Origin: Octopus sinensis
Taxonomy: Eukaryota
Reading direction: 5' to 3'
Assembly (NCBI RefSeq): GCF_006345805.1
Contig: NC_042998.1
Span: 160,332,001-160,396,000, forward strand
DNA: 64,000 nt
Shown here piece by piece: positions 23,735-36,577 of the stretch; position 1 is the stretch's first letter, and every line of letters starts with the position of its first letter. The notes beneath the pieces were generated by a model that was not told the DNA's origin, made no database searches, and saw nothing but the letters and a program-made list of their open reading frames with translations. The translations under genes were made by a program, and so were the position numbers.

Positions 23735-23975
23735 AAAATCCAGGCTACATATGTTTCCAAGCTAGCAGAATCTCAAAAGTAATAATTACTCAGTGAAGGG
23801 TACTCTACTAACTATTCATCAGGCCAAAGATACCTTAGTTAAATGAAAGTTATAGTAACCTTCATTTAACTAAGGTATCCTCACTCCAATGAGTAGCTAG
23901 TAGAGTACCCTTTGTTGAGTAATTATTACTTCTGAGATCCTGCTAGCTTGGAAACATATGTAGCCTGGATTTTAT
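23735..23975. ncRNA. Inverted pair of hammerhead motifs, family B
   Basis: Minus copy 23743-23825: GGC-CTGATGA-atAGTTAGTAGA..TCTGCTAGCTtg-GAAAC-ATAT-GTA-GCC; the plus copy 23884-23965 has a mutated first core strand. Confidence 0.65.
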
Positions 23976-24381
23976 ATACACAGCAACCCCAGTTGCTAAC
24001 CATGAACTATAAAATAACTTTTTTCAGCTTATCAAACTTCAGTATGGAAAAAAATTACAATTTACAACCTTCTACATCAATAGACCACTATTGTTCCTGA
24101 AAGTTGTTCTCTGTATTTTCTATGGACTGCTTGGAGTTTACTAACTTCCTACTCCTGGGTCCTTGGATTTTACCTTTCCTTATCATTATACATATATAGT
24201 TGAAATTTACAGATAAACAAAAGATGAAGACAGGTGTATAAACAAGAAGCAGGTGTTACACTCAGAGTTTGATGCTTGGGAAAATGAGAAAGTCTTTTAC
24301 ATTTTGAGCCCATGCTCTTCAACAGAAAGGAACACAAGGAAATAAACAGAGAGAATAGAAAAATCTTGTGGATTTAGCAAT

Positions 24382-24430
<49 letters not shown>

Positions 24431-24431
24431 G

Positions 24432-24790
24432 CTGATATGGAATGAAGAATCCCCACTTTTGGGAACATGCTTCAGAAGGCTGCTATGCATCCCATACACA
24501 GGACACAAGATGAACAGCTTTATTTGGCAGCAGGCCAATGAAGACGCTAGCAGACAGGAACCACCCTTTGCACAGGTAAAAATACAAAAGCTAGCCTGGT
24601 ATGGTCATGCACTCTGCAACAACTCCCTGTCTAAAATCATCCTTCAGAGCACAGTTGAGGGAGGGAAAAAGAGAGGCAGACAGAGAAATTCCTGGGCTGA
24701 CAACATGGAAGACTGGACAGGTCACAACACTGTGACCCTGTTATAGGGACCAGAGGCAGTGATGACTGGCTGCACCAGTTAAGGAAACTT
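24432..24790 (+). mobile_element. RTE-clade LINE 3' end
   Basis: ORF 24459-24746: CFRRLLCIPY..KLAWYGH..KIILQSTVEGGKKRGRQRNSWADNMEDWTG. Confidence 0.85.
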
Positions 24791-24819
24791 GATGATGTTA
24801 TATATATGTGTCGTCAAAG

Positions 24820-25135
24820 TGAAGGTGTGTGGTTTAGTGGTTAGGGTATTTGGCTCATGATTGTAAGGTCTTCAGTTTGATTCCTGGCAGTGGGTTGTGT
24901 CCTTGAGCAAGATGCATTTTATTTCACATTGCTCCAGTCCACTTAGCTGGCAAAAGTGAATTGTACCTGTAATTCAAAGGGCCAGCCTTGTTACATTTTT
25001 TTGTCCCTGAGCATTATGTTATTATGTTAAGGGTAGGCAAGTCTGTGAAGTGCTCAGCTGCTTGTACATTAATTTCATGAACAGGCTGTTCTGTTGATCA
25101 GATCAACTGGAACCCTCATCGTTCTAACTGATGGA
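24820..25135 (+). mobile_element. SINE family 3
   Basis: tggtttagtggttagg A box, gtttgattcc B box, gtgtccttgagcaagatgcatt core. Confidence 0.7.
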
Positions 25136-26639
25136 GTGCTGGATTTTTATGTGTGTCATCATCATCATCATCATCATCCTCTAATGTCCATGTTCCATGC
25201 TAGCATATACCTAATATACATGCACATATCTACCTCTGTTTATATCCACATGCACATGTGTATATGTGTTTTTGTGTGCATGCTTGTGCATACATATGCA
25301 CACGCAAAACACAGATTTTGTTTCCTCTCCCCGTTCCTTTGCCATCCATATTTGGTTTGATTAGCACACAGACCCACAACATCGAAATAAAATAATACCA
25401 AATCCAATCCATAATGTTAAAACATATAACATGTATATAAAGCTGTATGTATGGATTCAAAGTCTTTGGCTCACTGTTCTCAACTTTGCAATGATTGCAT
25501 CGTCCTAGTCTGTGGCAAAATTGGCAAGTTAAGAAGCCGAACAGCTATTTCTGTAATTGTTAGCAGTCCCCAGTGACAATGTCATTGCCTAAAATACACA
25601 CATTCATTTTTTTCAGACTCAGTCTTCAATTGAATTGATACAAGTCTAATAAAGCAGTAATTTCCTGCTTCAGTCTATTTAGGTTTTTTTATCTTTCGTG
25701 AATTTATTTATTTATTATATTTCTGTGATTTTTGTATTATTTTATTTATTTATTTGTTTATATTTTTCTTCTTCTTTCTCTTTGACTTTCAAAAGCAGCA
25801 CCATTTGGCCAATTTCCACTGACACAGAGGAGGTGGGGAGGGAGGATTTCTTCCCCTCCATCCATGCCCTTCCCCCCACAGTTAATTCTTTTAATCTCTT
25901 TTTCTTTCATGTTTTTTCTCTTTTTAATTTTCTGCTTTTCATTTTTTTCAAGTTGTTTCTGATTATTAATACTACATTTTTTTAATTTTCATTAATTTTT
26001 ATTTTCTACATACATACAATAATTATTAATAATGATGATAATGAATATGATGACGATGATGATGATGATAAGTAATAATAATAGCATTTCCTTCAGTATT
26101 GATAAATGACTTAGTTTTGTTTTATTTTTGAAAATCCAACTAATTTTTCTTCTCATTACCACTAAAACTACTACTACTATTACTACTACTACTACTACTA
26201 CAACACTGCTGCCACTACCATTTCCACCACCACTACTGTCGCTGCCACCACCACCACTTAGTTAAAAAGGTTTTAATCTACACTTGTCAGTTTTTTTGTA
26301 TATAGTTTTTGTTTTTCTTTCTCCTGATGTGTAAACAGTTTTCTTTTAAAGATACAACTTGTAATCCTAGCATTTTTCCTTTTTCTTCTTCCTCAAATTC
26401 ATGTATATGTAAGTATGCATGCATGTATATACATGCATGCATGAAGGTATGCATGTATATGTGTGTATGTGTCTGTGTATATATACTAATGCACGTATAT
26501 ACTTGTATACATGTGTATGTGTACATGCATATATATTCATTGATGTGTGTGTGTGTGTGTGTTTGGATGACATGATGTATGCATGTGCTTGTACACTCAC
26601 ACATTTACATGTACACCAAACTTCTTTATTTACTCTCTA

Positions 26640-27240
26640 TAATATCCATTTATCTTTTGATCAATTCAATTAGATCTGTGATGGAATGTTGTCGGATAAT
26701 CAATGCCATTTCACAGAAATCATGCAGTGTCCCTAAGTGCACATTCTGTCTCATTTACCGATCTCAATTTTCTGCTGTCCAATGCTATGTTGTCTGATGT
26801 CTTTGCATGCTTCAGCGCCCTCTCAGAGTGTCTTTGGGAAATTGTCAATTTTGAATAGCGTCACATATGTGATAATTGCCTCTTCATAGCAGAGACAGTT
26901 TTAGAAAAGAAAGTTCAAATTCTTGACCCAAGAATGAATCTTAGGACACAGAATGCTGCCTTGAATTCCTCGATTTAATAATTAGGTATTTTTTCTCTCT
27001 TTGTGTTACAGCAAAGAAGCTTTTTCTTTTTCATTCCTCTCCAATAAAAAGTCCCCAGTATTTGGCTATTTGGAAAGAATCTATGTTGCCATATCTTCTT
27101 TATATTTTTACCTTATTTTCCCTTCTTTTAGATTCACCTTCTGTCTTATATACTCATGCACATATCAAGAATTCTATATCATATCATTTTTCCTTATATC
27201 TAAAGCTATAATATTGAACTGTGAAATATTCTAGCTTATT
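26640..27240 (-). mobile_element. Highly decayed LINE RT remnants
   Basis: Scattered motifs DSFQIAKYWGLFIG and FILGSRI, consistent with the LINE RT C-terminal region. Confidence 0.3.
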
Positions 27241-27743
27241 TTTTTTTACCATTTTTTCTTCCTTTCGTTTCCTTATCCTTCTTCATATTTTAAGTTTAGT
27301 AAGCAAATTCAATTGAGTGATCAAAGAAAGATCCTACATAAGTCACAAAAGATTCACAATAAAAATTTGTCAAAAGTGTTTATTCAATTTAAGTGTATTG
27401 GGAACCAAAGAAAAAAAATATATTTAATGTATTTTTCTATGTGTCATGGTCAAAATCTCCTTTCTACCTAATTTTAAAACAAAGTGGAGGGAAAAAATAT
27501 TTGAAATGAAAGAAATGCTGTCCATTGTTGAGAGCAGAGTGAGGCTGTGCAGTGATGAAGTAATCTAATTAATGAGAAACAGATGCCTCTTGGATTACAA
27601 AGAACAAAAGCATACTTTTTATTTTAGAAACTGTCACATACCAGGTATTTTGTAAATGAAGTAAAATAGAAATTTATGTTGTTTCTTCAAAGATAAAATA
27701 GAAATGATTGAAACCTACTAAGAATTTTGCCAATTTTAGATAA

Positions 27744-27843
27744 TTTTTATTTATCATTGTATTTTTATTTATCATTGTATTTTTATTTATCATTGTATTT
27801 TTATTTATCATTGTATTTTTATTTATCATTGTATTTTTATTTT
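27744..27843. repeat. Tandem repeat, about 19-bp unit (tttttatttatcattgta) x5
   Basis: Directly visible. Confidence 0.9.
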
Positions 27844-28497
27844 CAATTCTTAGCTGTATTCTAAAATTATGGATGTCTCTGAAAATAAAAATGAGGACAG
27901 ATGCAAATGTTATTCTGAAATCTAATTAATGACCCCTATATCTCTGTTGCTTCCATGTAGTGTTATTAGATTATTAGTTTTCTAAATAGCTTCAAGCAAG
28001 GAGTTTTGTATAAGGCAATCTCTTGATATGAAGATGCAAGAGATAGATACCTCTTTACTCATTTCTAATGTGAACAATTTACTTTAGTCTCTACTTTCCA
28101 TAAGTAAAACTTGCAGAAAGTTTCCATGTTGCTTCATTAAGAGCTACTTTCAAATAAAAAAGAAAAGAAAAGAAAAAAAGAAAGAAAAAGAAAAAAAAAG
28201 ATTAATTGTCTTATTGAAAAATTTCAATCAGATAAATAATAATTTCAGGTGTGAAACCTAGGACGTAAGTCAAGTATACATTTTAAGATGTTTCATGGCA
28301 TTTCATTCCATCTTTATATCTTAACTTATGATATATCTAAGAAATTAATTCATGCAAAACAGTGAGTGAACTTTTCTGTTTTGGGGCTTCTGAACTGTCT
28401 CACCTTGGTTATGCCAACGTCATTAATCTTTGATAGTAGTTTGTAAATCAACAAGAGGGTAGACATTAATTACTTCTTATTGGTGTAGCAGAAAAGC

Positions 28498-28549
28498 CAA
28501 GAAGACACTGGCTGTGTTCAAACAAGAAGACACCGGCTGTGTTCAAACA
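28498..28549. repeat. 25-bp tandem duplication caagaagacac(t/c)ggctgtgttcaaa
   Basis: Two adjacent copies differing by one base. Confidence 0.85.
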
Positions 28550-31544
28550 AATTGAAGAATGTGATCGAATATTCAGTTAAATAACTCATGAGAAAAATGG
28601 ATTCTTGACCTTTACTTAAACACAATGAGATTTTTCAACTTAACATCTTGTATAAAGACTCATACTTGAAACTTCTGTCATCACCCTAATATGTAGCTGC
28701 TATTGCATTGTACTAAATGTTGTTATGATATTTTTGTTTCTATCTTTATTAGATATTTGTTAAAAGACAGTTTTGTGTCAGAGTTCAGTCATTTATGTCT
28801 ATTCTGCTTGTGTCACCCCCTTGCTGGCTTCCGCTTGAATAATGATGGTCATGGAGGGAGGGGGTGAACTGTTCACTGTAATGCAAGTAACCAACTGTTA
28901 ATTGAGGTCTTTTCATTAGAACTTCGTGTCCAGAGTGCCTCTGGCTTTAGGGGGACTGTAATGATATAAATAATTCATTGAGTGACCACTAATACACTGG
29001 AGGCTGTGTACCAATAATAGCTAGAATGGATTATAACATTGATGACCTCCATATATCATGTCATATTGCTTGTAAGCTTTCTTCACTAAAATTTTGTTCC
29101 AGTTTGCTGGTGTCCAGACAATAATATAATGAAAGATAAGATGAAGGAATTTCCGTAATCTAATTGATTTAACACAGTCAGAAATCAATTTCTCTATTGC
29201 AGAAATATCATTTTAAAATGCCACTATTTACAACAGAAATTTTAAGCCAAGTTAATATTTATTGTTACCTACCTATCTTTGTTAATTTTTCTCCTGATAT
29301 TGGCTATTAATTTTGTTATTGGGACTAGAAAACTTTCTGAGATATTACCACTATCCTTTTTCTCTTGAATAAATTCTGTGTAGTGGAAATAACCTACCAT
29401 TTTTGCAAAGTTTAATTAGATGAAGTGGTTTTTTAAACCTAACAAAATATTTTCATTAAATTATCTATACACACATACAAATCTGTACATCTTTAAAATA
29501 ACTTTAAAGACACACATGCACACACACACACACACACATGCACTTATATTTGAACCTTACTAATACATAAACTAGAAAGCATGATAAGAGAAAGCAGTAC
29601 TCATAACTTTTTCATCACTGTTCAAACCTTGCTTTGGTAAAATACACGAGTGTTAACTGAACTTTCCTGACAGGGAAATACTTCATCAGATACTTGTTTG
29701 TACCATGAAGTGTAACTAACTTTGAAAATCCTTAATGTCAGTGCAGATCTATTTACCTCATGCTAGCAAGTTTCAAATAAACATAAAATCTGTTGTTGTT
29801 GTTGTTCTTTGATACTGATACCACAACTTTCACAATTAATATCCGTGATATGAAAAATAGATGTAAGTCAAAATTACCTGAATTATGGTGGAACATTTAA
29901 AACTTCCTCTGCCCTCATGAGGAATGGAATTATAACATGAATGAGCATGATGATAAGCTTAAAATATAAATTGCCATTTATCAACTGGAGTTTAGCATCA
30001 CAACAGCAATTTAATAAGTCTTGCTCAAGGGCACTCTGTGCAGGTTTTTGCTAGTTTCTTAAGGTATCTATTTCAGTTTCTGAGTTAAAATTATGCTACT
30101 TTCATCTTGCTACTTCATTCACTTCAGGATTGATGAAATAAATTCCGGTGAGAGTGTGAGGAAGTGGTGATTATTTACATGTCACATCATAAAATGTATC
30201 ATATATTTAGAAAAATAAAGACAAAATAAAAATGCAACGATAAGTGTAGCTATGTTGTTTTGGTAGTATCAGGGGTTTGATATGTACTTTAGATAGATCA
30301 TCACCATACAAGGTAGTTTTAAATGAGATGGAGGTATTTCCATAGTTACTTGTCTTTTTGATGTAATCACCAAATCTGCTTCAAAATTCTCCATATCATC
30401 TTTAACATGGCAGAGTGCCTCAATAAAAAAAAATAGTCCTGTATAGAAAACATGTGTCATACAGGTAGCTGTGTGAATGCTATGTTAAATCAGTTGTCTC
30501 CAAGCAATAGGACTTATCAAGCAGTGCTGACCATGGCTATCCTACAACAATTGCACTTGTTTTTCTGCACTAAATGCTCTATCAAAACACACAGGACACA
30601 CAATACATTGACTCTGTTGGCTGCAGTGATGCATCAGAGTTAATGAGGTCAATGAATCATTGCTGGTCAATAATGACATTTTGACTTAATTTCATTGTGG
30701 CTGGAAATAATTTTATAGAACTTGTATTCATAAAGCCATGAAGAGATTGTCTTTACACAAAGGGAAATTTTCTCATGTTTGTATAAACTCTGTGATACAG
30801 TATGACTGTAAAATGTTAGCTATACAGTAATATGTAATAGATTTACACTGTAAAAATGCAAAAAGAAAGTAAAGGCTATGGGGTTTCAAGTTGGAGGCTG
30901 TTTGAAATATAGCAAAAACGCCTACCCCAATATAAAATCCTGAAAAATTTCAATTTTTATTTCTTCAAAGAATGGCCCTCCCATCACACATCTTATCTTA
31001 CTTTTCAAATTCTATTAATGGAATAGAGTTTGAATTCTACTTCGTTTTTACAGTAAAATGTTCATTACCAGCATTGTAAATCATAAAAAAAAAAAAAAAG
31101 ATTTAGTCTTTGTGGGAACCTCTGCACGGCTGTTTAGTTTGTTAGAAATTACAACCAAATTTCCCTTAAATCTTAAAAAAGAAAAGACATATTGGATACA
31201 AAAGATTGGAGGGTCATGGTAAGAGCAGGATTGGTATATGATAGATGGTAGAATATTTTCAATCCCTGTTATAGTGAAACTTCTGTTAAGCCCCAAACCT
31301 CTAAAGAATGGGATTTCAGCTAGGGTCATTCTATCTTCCTGTATATCTATGACTATTTTGGCCAATATGTCTTTCCTTTGTTATGATAGTAGGGTACTAG
31401 TCATAGGTACTCTACTATAACTGGTCCTTGTAAAAGGTCCCCTCATTGGCTCAACTACATTGATGTGATATGTACTGGTAATGTGAGAGAAGTTCTAGAG
31501 TCAATTCTACAGAAAGGGATGACCATGCAGACACCAATGGTCCT

Positions 31545-31760
31545 TCACATTAGCAAGGGCATCCAGCCATAAAAACCATTCCAAAACAGATCTTGCTGGT
31601 GCTTTGTAAAAAGCACTCAGTCTACTCTGTAAGGTGGTTGGTGTTAAGAAGGGCACCCAGCCATAAATGCCATGCCAAAACTGACAGTGAAACCTGGGTG
31701 CAGTCTTCTGGCTTTTCACCATCATCATTTAACATTCATTGATGATGATGATGATGAGGT
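31545..31760 (+). mobile_element. SINE/LINE-tail repeat ending in (GAT)n
   Basis: Same family as 2170-2405. Confidence 0.6.
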
Positions 31761-31829
31761 CTAAGTTGATTGTAGTGCAGAAGGAAGAACCTTGTTTTCT
31801 GTTGTCACCTTCATAATTTTCCACATAGG

Positions 31830-32030
31830 TGTATTATGTGTTGCAAAGAAGTATAGTGTATATACACATGTATTGCAAAATGGGACTGATTACATACATG
31901 TATATTGTATACCGTAGAACAGCTCAGATTACATACATATATATTGTTGAACAGCCAAGATAACATAAATATAGATTATAGAACAGCATAGAGTACATGT
32001 ATATGTGGTGTAGAGCAATACAGATTGCAT
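31830..32030. repeat. 32-bp minisatellite, left remnant
   Basis: Decayed ATATGTATTGTAGAGCAGCACAGATTACATAA units. Confidence 0.65.
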
Positions 32031-34105
32031 ACATACATGGCCCAAATATTCTCTAATTTCACTGGTCCCACTCCTGAACTATATGGTCGTTATATTGACG
32101 ACATTATCGGTGCCACCTCACTCTCCCGCGAACATCTAGATTCCTTCCTCTCTTTCGTCCAATCTTTCCATCCAGCCCTCCACTTCACTTCCACTATCTC
32201 CAACACCTCTGTCTCCTTCCTCGACATTTCGGTTAGCATTCTTCACTCCACTCTTACCACCTCCATTCACTACAAACACACAGACTCACACTCATACCTC
32301 AACTTCTCTTCCTCCCACCCAGAACACACCAAGCTTCCATCCCCTATTCCCAATTCCTCCGTCTACGTAGGCTCTGTAGTGACGGCCATGACTTTGAGAC
32401 TCAGTCTCAACGTATGGCTCACCACTTCACCCTACGTCGATACCCCCTCACCACTATCCACACCGCCTTGCCAGAGCACGGTCCGTGGACCGTGTATCTG
32501 CTCTCTCTCCCCGAACCCGCCCTGTAGTCTCCCGCCTCCCTTTTCCCCTCACTTACCACCCCACGACCCTACGTCTCCAACGCACCATTCTTCGAGCTTT
32601 CCGTCATCTCCAGTCCGACCCGTCCACTTCACACCTCTTCCCTAACCGACTCCTCCCCTCTTTCAAACGAGCCCACAACCTTCGAGACCTTTTGGTCCAT
32701 AGCTCCTTCCCTGACCCTACCTCCCAACCCGGCTCGTCCCCTGCTCCCGCCCACGTTGCCGCACTTGCCCTTACCTCTCCAACACCACCCGCCTCACTAG
32801 CACCCACCATCGACCCTATCCCATCATCCACTCCTTCACCTGCACCTCCAGCAATATTATCTATTGCATCTCTTGCTCTCTCTGCATTCCTTGTACATCG
32901 GACAAACGGGACGCCGCTTGGCTGACCGGTTCGCGGAACACCTTCGTGACATCCCCTTGCGAACGACACACCGGTCTCACGCCATTTCCGCTCCACCGGT
33001 CACTCCTTGCAACACCTATCTGTGTTCGGTTTGTCCTTACACAGAGGCCATCCGGATTCCCGTTTGCGCCGTGAACAGGAATTAATCTTCTCTCTTCGCT
33101 CTTATACGCCATTTGGTCTCAACTCTCCCCCCCTCCTCATCTAACCTCACCCCCCTCCTCACCTATCCTTCTCCCCCCGACCCCTACTTCTTCAGTCCTT
33201 CATCCTTTCACCCCTACTCCCTTCCCTTCTTCCCTCTTTCTCCCTCCCTCTTCCCCTTCCCTCTGCTCCTCACTCCCTCTCTCCCCTTCTCTCTCCCCCT
33301 CATCCCCTTCCTTCCCCCATCCTCTCCTCTCCCCCTTCTCCTCCCCCTCTTCTTCCCCTCCCTTTCTCCCCCCTCTTCTCCCCCTCCCCCTCTTCTCCCC
33401 GTCCCCCTCTTCTCCTCACTACACCACATGACTTTACACATCACATCACATATGACGTGCCATACTAATACACACACCAACTAATACATACTAATACGTA
33501 CTAATACATACTAGTACATACTAATACTTACACCAACCCTATACATACACACGTCCAGACCCCGCATACGCACTTATACTCTCTCTCACACACACACACA
33601 CACCTATACATACCAATACGTACTAATACATACTAATACATACTAATACATACACCAACCCCATACATACGCACGTCCAGACCAATCTTACGCACTAATA
33701 CTCTCTCATACACACACACACACACACACACACCCTTATACATACTAATACATACACCAACCCTATACATACACACATCCAGACCCCTCCCACGCACTTT
33801 TAGCTGGTCCCTCAACCCATTTATCAACCCTATTATCTCCCCTTATTTCGCTCTCGCGTCTCATGTTTGATCTTTGACCTCTGGCCGAAATCAGATCGCC
33901 ATGTTGATTCGTTAGCTACTGCACGCATTTTTTTCTCTCCTTCTTTCTGTGTTTTTCTCTCTCTGTGTATCTTTCTGTTGAAGAGCGTAGGCTCGAAACG
34001 TTAAAGACTTGTTTTATTTATATTTCCTGAGCGCCATACTAATACAATTGTTCGTTTGTTTTCCACCTGCCTTCGTCTTTTGTTTATTTTCATAAAGCTT
34101 CCCGT

Positions 34106-34110
<5 letters not shown>
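32030..34110 (+). mobile_element. 5'-truncated Penelope-like element (Neptune-type): RT + Zn-linker + GIY-YIG + 3' pLTR
   Basis: RYIDDI, FLDISV, HTDSHSYL..SSHP, SQFLRLRRLCS, C..PRCRTC, NIIYCISC..LYIGQTGRRLADRFAEH, RREQELIF..GLN, stop at about 33144, several frameshifts; hammerhead at 33970. Confidence 0.92.
33970..34007 (+). ncRNA. Minimal hammerhead motif, family E, in the PLE 3' pLTR
   Basis: TCTTT-CTGTTGA-A-GAGC-GTAG-GCTC-GAAAC-GT-T-AAAGA; core A6 is changed to T. Confidence 0.55.
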
Positions 34111-34144
<34 letters not shown>

Positions 34145-34146
<2 letters not shown>

Positions 34147-34341
34147 CTCTTTTACTTGTTCCACTCACTGGATTGCAGCCATACTGTTGTATTGCCTTGA
34201 GGAGGTTTAGTTGAACAAATTAGCTCCAATATTTATTCTTAAGTCTACTTATTCTGTCAGTCTCTTTTACTGTACTGTTAAAATATGGGGACATAAACAG
34301 ACCAACACTGGCTGTCAAATGTTGGGTGAATGTGGTAGTGA

Positions 34342-34378
<37 letters not shown>

Positions 34379-34535
34379 GACTTCTATAAAGTTTCTGCCT
34401 ACCAAATTTACCCACAAAACATTGCTTGGGCTGGAACTAAAGTAGAAGATACTTGCCCAAAATGCTATGCAGTGGCATTGAACTCGAAACTGTAGTTGCA
34501 AAGCAAACTTCTTAACCACAACCATGCCTGCATCT
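34145..34535 (-). mobile_element. SINE family 1
   Basis: Reverse complement of the head, (CA)n middle and tail. Confidence 0.75.
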
Positions 34536-34564
34536 AAAGTACTTTGCATCAGCTAGGAATGTAC

Positions 34565-35190
34565 ATACTGTAGAAGAGCACAAATTGTTACAAAATGTAT
34601 TGTAGAACACCACATATTACATATCTATATATTTTAGAACAGTACATATTATGTACATAATATGTATTGTAGAGCAGCATGGATTACATAGATATATATT
34701 GTGTGGCAGCACAAATTGCATAAATATGTATTGCAAAGCAGCACAGATTACATAAATATGTATTGAAGGGCAACACAGATTACATAGATATATATATTGC
34801 AGAGTATCACAGATTATATAAATATATATTGCATGGTGGCACAGATTTCATAAATATGTATTGTAGAGCAGCACTGTTAACATAAATGTATATTGTTGGG
34901 CAGTACAAGTTACACAAATATATACTGTAGAATAGTATAAATTACGTGAATATGTATTGTAAGGTGGCACAGATTATATAAATATGTGCTGTAGAGCAGC
35001 ACAGATTACATACAAATATATATATTGCATGGCATTACAAATTACATAAGTATCGTAGAGCAGCCCAGATTATGTAAATATGTATTGTAGGGTTGCACAC
35101 ATTACATTAATATATATTGTAGAATAGCACAAATTATATGAATATGTATTGTAGGGCAGCACAGATTACATAAATATGTGTTGTAGAACA
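34565..35190. repeat. 32-bp minisatellite, about 19 diverged units
   Basis: Consensus ATATGTATTGTAGAGCAGCACAGATTACATAA, head-to-tail with no spacers. Confidence 0.9.
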
Positions 35191-35599
35191 ACCAGCAGCA
35201 GTTTCTCTCCATTATAGTCACTGAGATAGTATTGATTTCATAATATTAATGATGATGGGGTTATTGCCAAAATTTTCCTATTTCACTGCTACCATTTATG
35301 TCTTCTTAGATTAACAAACATGGTACCTACAATCTAAAGCTGCTGATTTAACAAGAATTTGTAAACCTAGCCAACATATGTTACTTAAGGGAGGGGTAAA
35401 AATCTGAAAACCTGTTTTTGTTGAATATGGATGCGTGCATGTGCGTGTGTGCTTGTGCATGCTTACAAATATCTGTACACAACAATTTAAATCATTAAAT
35501 ATGCAAATACACACACACATGCACAGTGGGATTTGTGCATACACATATGCATATAAGGTTACATATATGAATATCTATCTATCTATCTATCTATCTATA

Positions 35600-35691
<92 letters not shown>

Positions 35692-35731
35692 CTACTCACA
35701 CCACACATATACATACATACAGGCATAAATA

Positions 35732-36577
35732 TAGGGTGCTGTGAATAAACTATTGTCTAAATTACTCAAAAATGAAAATAACACTGACATCTCATTTTAA
35801 CAGACATATTTACCAAAATAAGAAAAATATCTTGAAGTACTAAAGAGTAAATTTATTCAATAAAATTACCATTAGCTTCAACTATGGCCTTCAGATGACT
35901 TTGGAATCTCCTACAATGCTTCTGTATACCTTTCTTGTTTAAGTTGGTGAATGCTGCCATAATCCTTGCCTTCAGTTCATCTTTAGTGTTACAATGAGTT
36001 TTTCTGGTCTCTTGCTTAACTGCACCCCACACATAATAATCAAGGGGTTTGCAGTCTGGAGAGTTAGGTGGCCAGATGTTAGGGGTGATGTGGTTGCAGA
36101 AATTGTCTGACAGCTATGACTGGGTTCTCCTGCTTGTGTGGCATGATGCAGCATGTTGTTGCCAGACATATGGTCTTCCAGCAGCCGCCCTCTTGACTCC
36201 AGGCACTTGATGTAGGCCTCCATGTTAAGTCTGAGACCATGTGGAAAGATGGATGAAGGCATAATGTTGCCATCACTAGTGATCACTTCAAACACCATGA
36301 TGTTGACTGGATGTTTGATTTTTATCTATCTCTGTACATGTCCTCAGATTGATATTCAAACACTCAGAAATGTTCGTATTGGAGCTTCTAGCATGAGTGC
36401 CAAGCAGTACAGCATGTCGTTTCCAAAATTCTGGTAAAATGAATTGCATCATGGTGCTGTTTTTCTCACTGACAGTATCCAACTGACCCTACTATACTGT
36501 GTAGTTGACAAAAACAAACAATGTGCATGCGTGAAATCAGAGATATGAAATGGCAACAATTTACCCATTGCACCCTG
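35732..36577 (-). mobile_element. Tc1/mariner DD37D (maT-type) internally deleted transposon
   Basis: TA-flanked (C/T)AGGGTGC TIRs; WQQ(D>H)..WPPNSPDCKPLDYYVWG with 37 residues between the 2nd and 3rd catalytic positions. Confidence 0.88.

Noticed and set aside
29090-29157. Peptide FVPVCWCPDNNIMKDKMKEFP* resembling the cofilin WCPD....K.KM motif
   Set aside because: It is bounded by stops, diverges right after KM, and has no supporting neighbouring exons; likely chance.
30269-30460. Minus ORF with a plausible acceptor (ALCHVKDDMENFEADLVITSKRQ)
   Set aside because: Weak donor, no recognised homology, and its phase does not fit the other candidate exons.
31081-31365. 94-aa minus ORF (IDIQEDRMTLAEIPFFRGLGLNRSF..)
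   Set aside because: No recognisable gene; at best a faint resemblance to decayed LINE RT, too weak to call.
34565-35190. Regularly spaced 32-bp repeat resembling a CRISPR array
   Set aside because: The units are head-to-tail with no unique spacers, there are no cas genes, and the context is eukaryotic.
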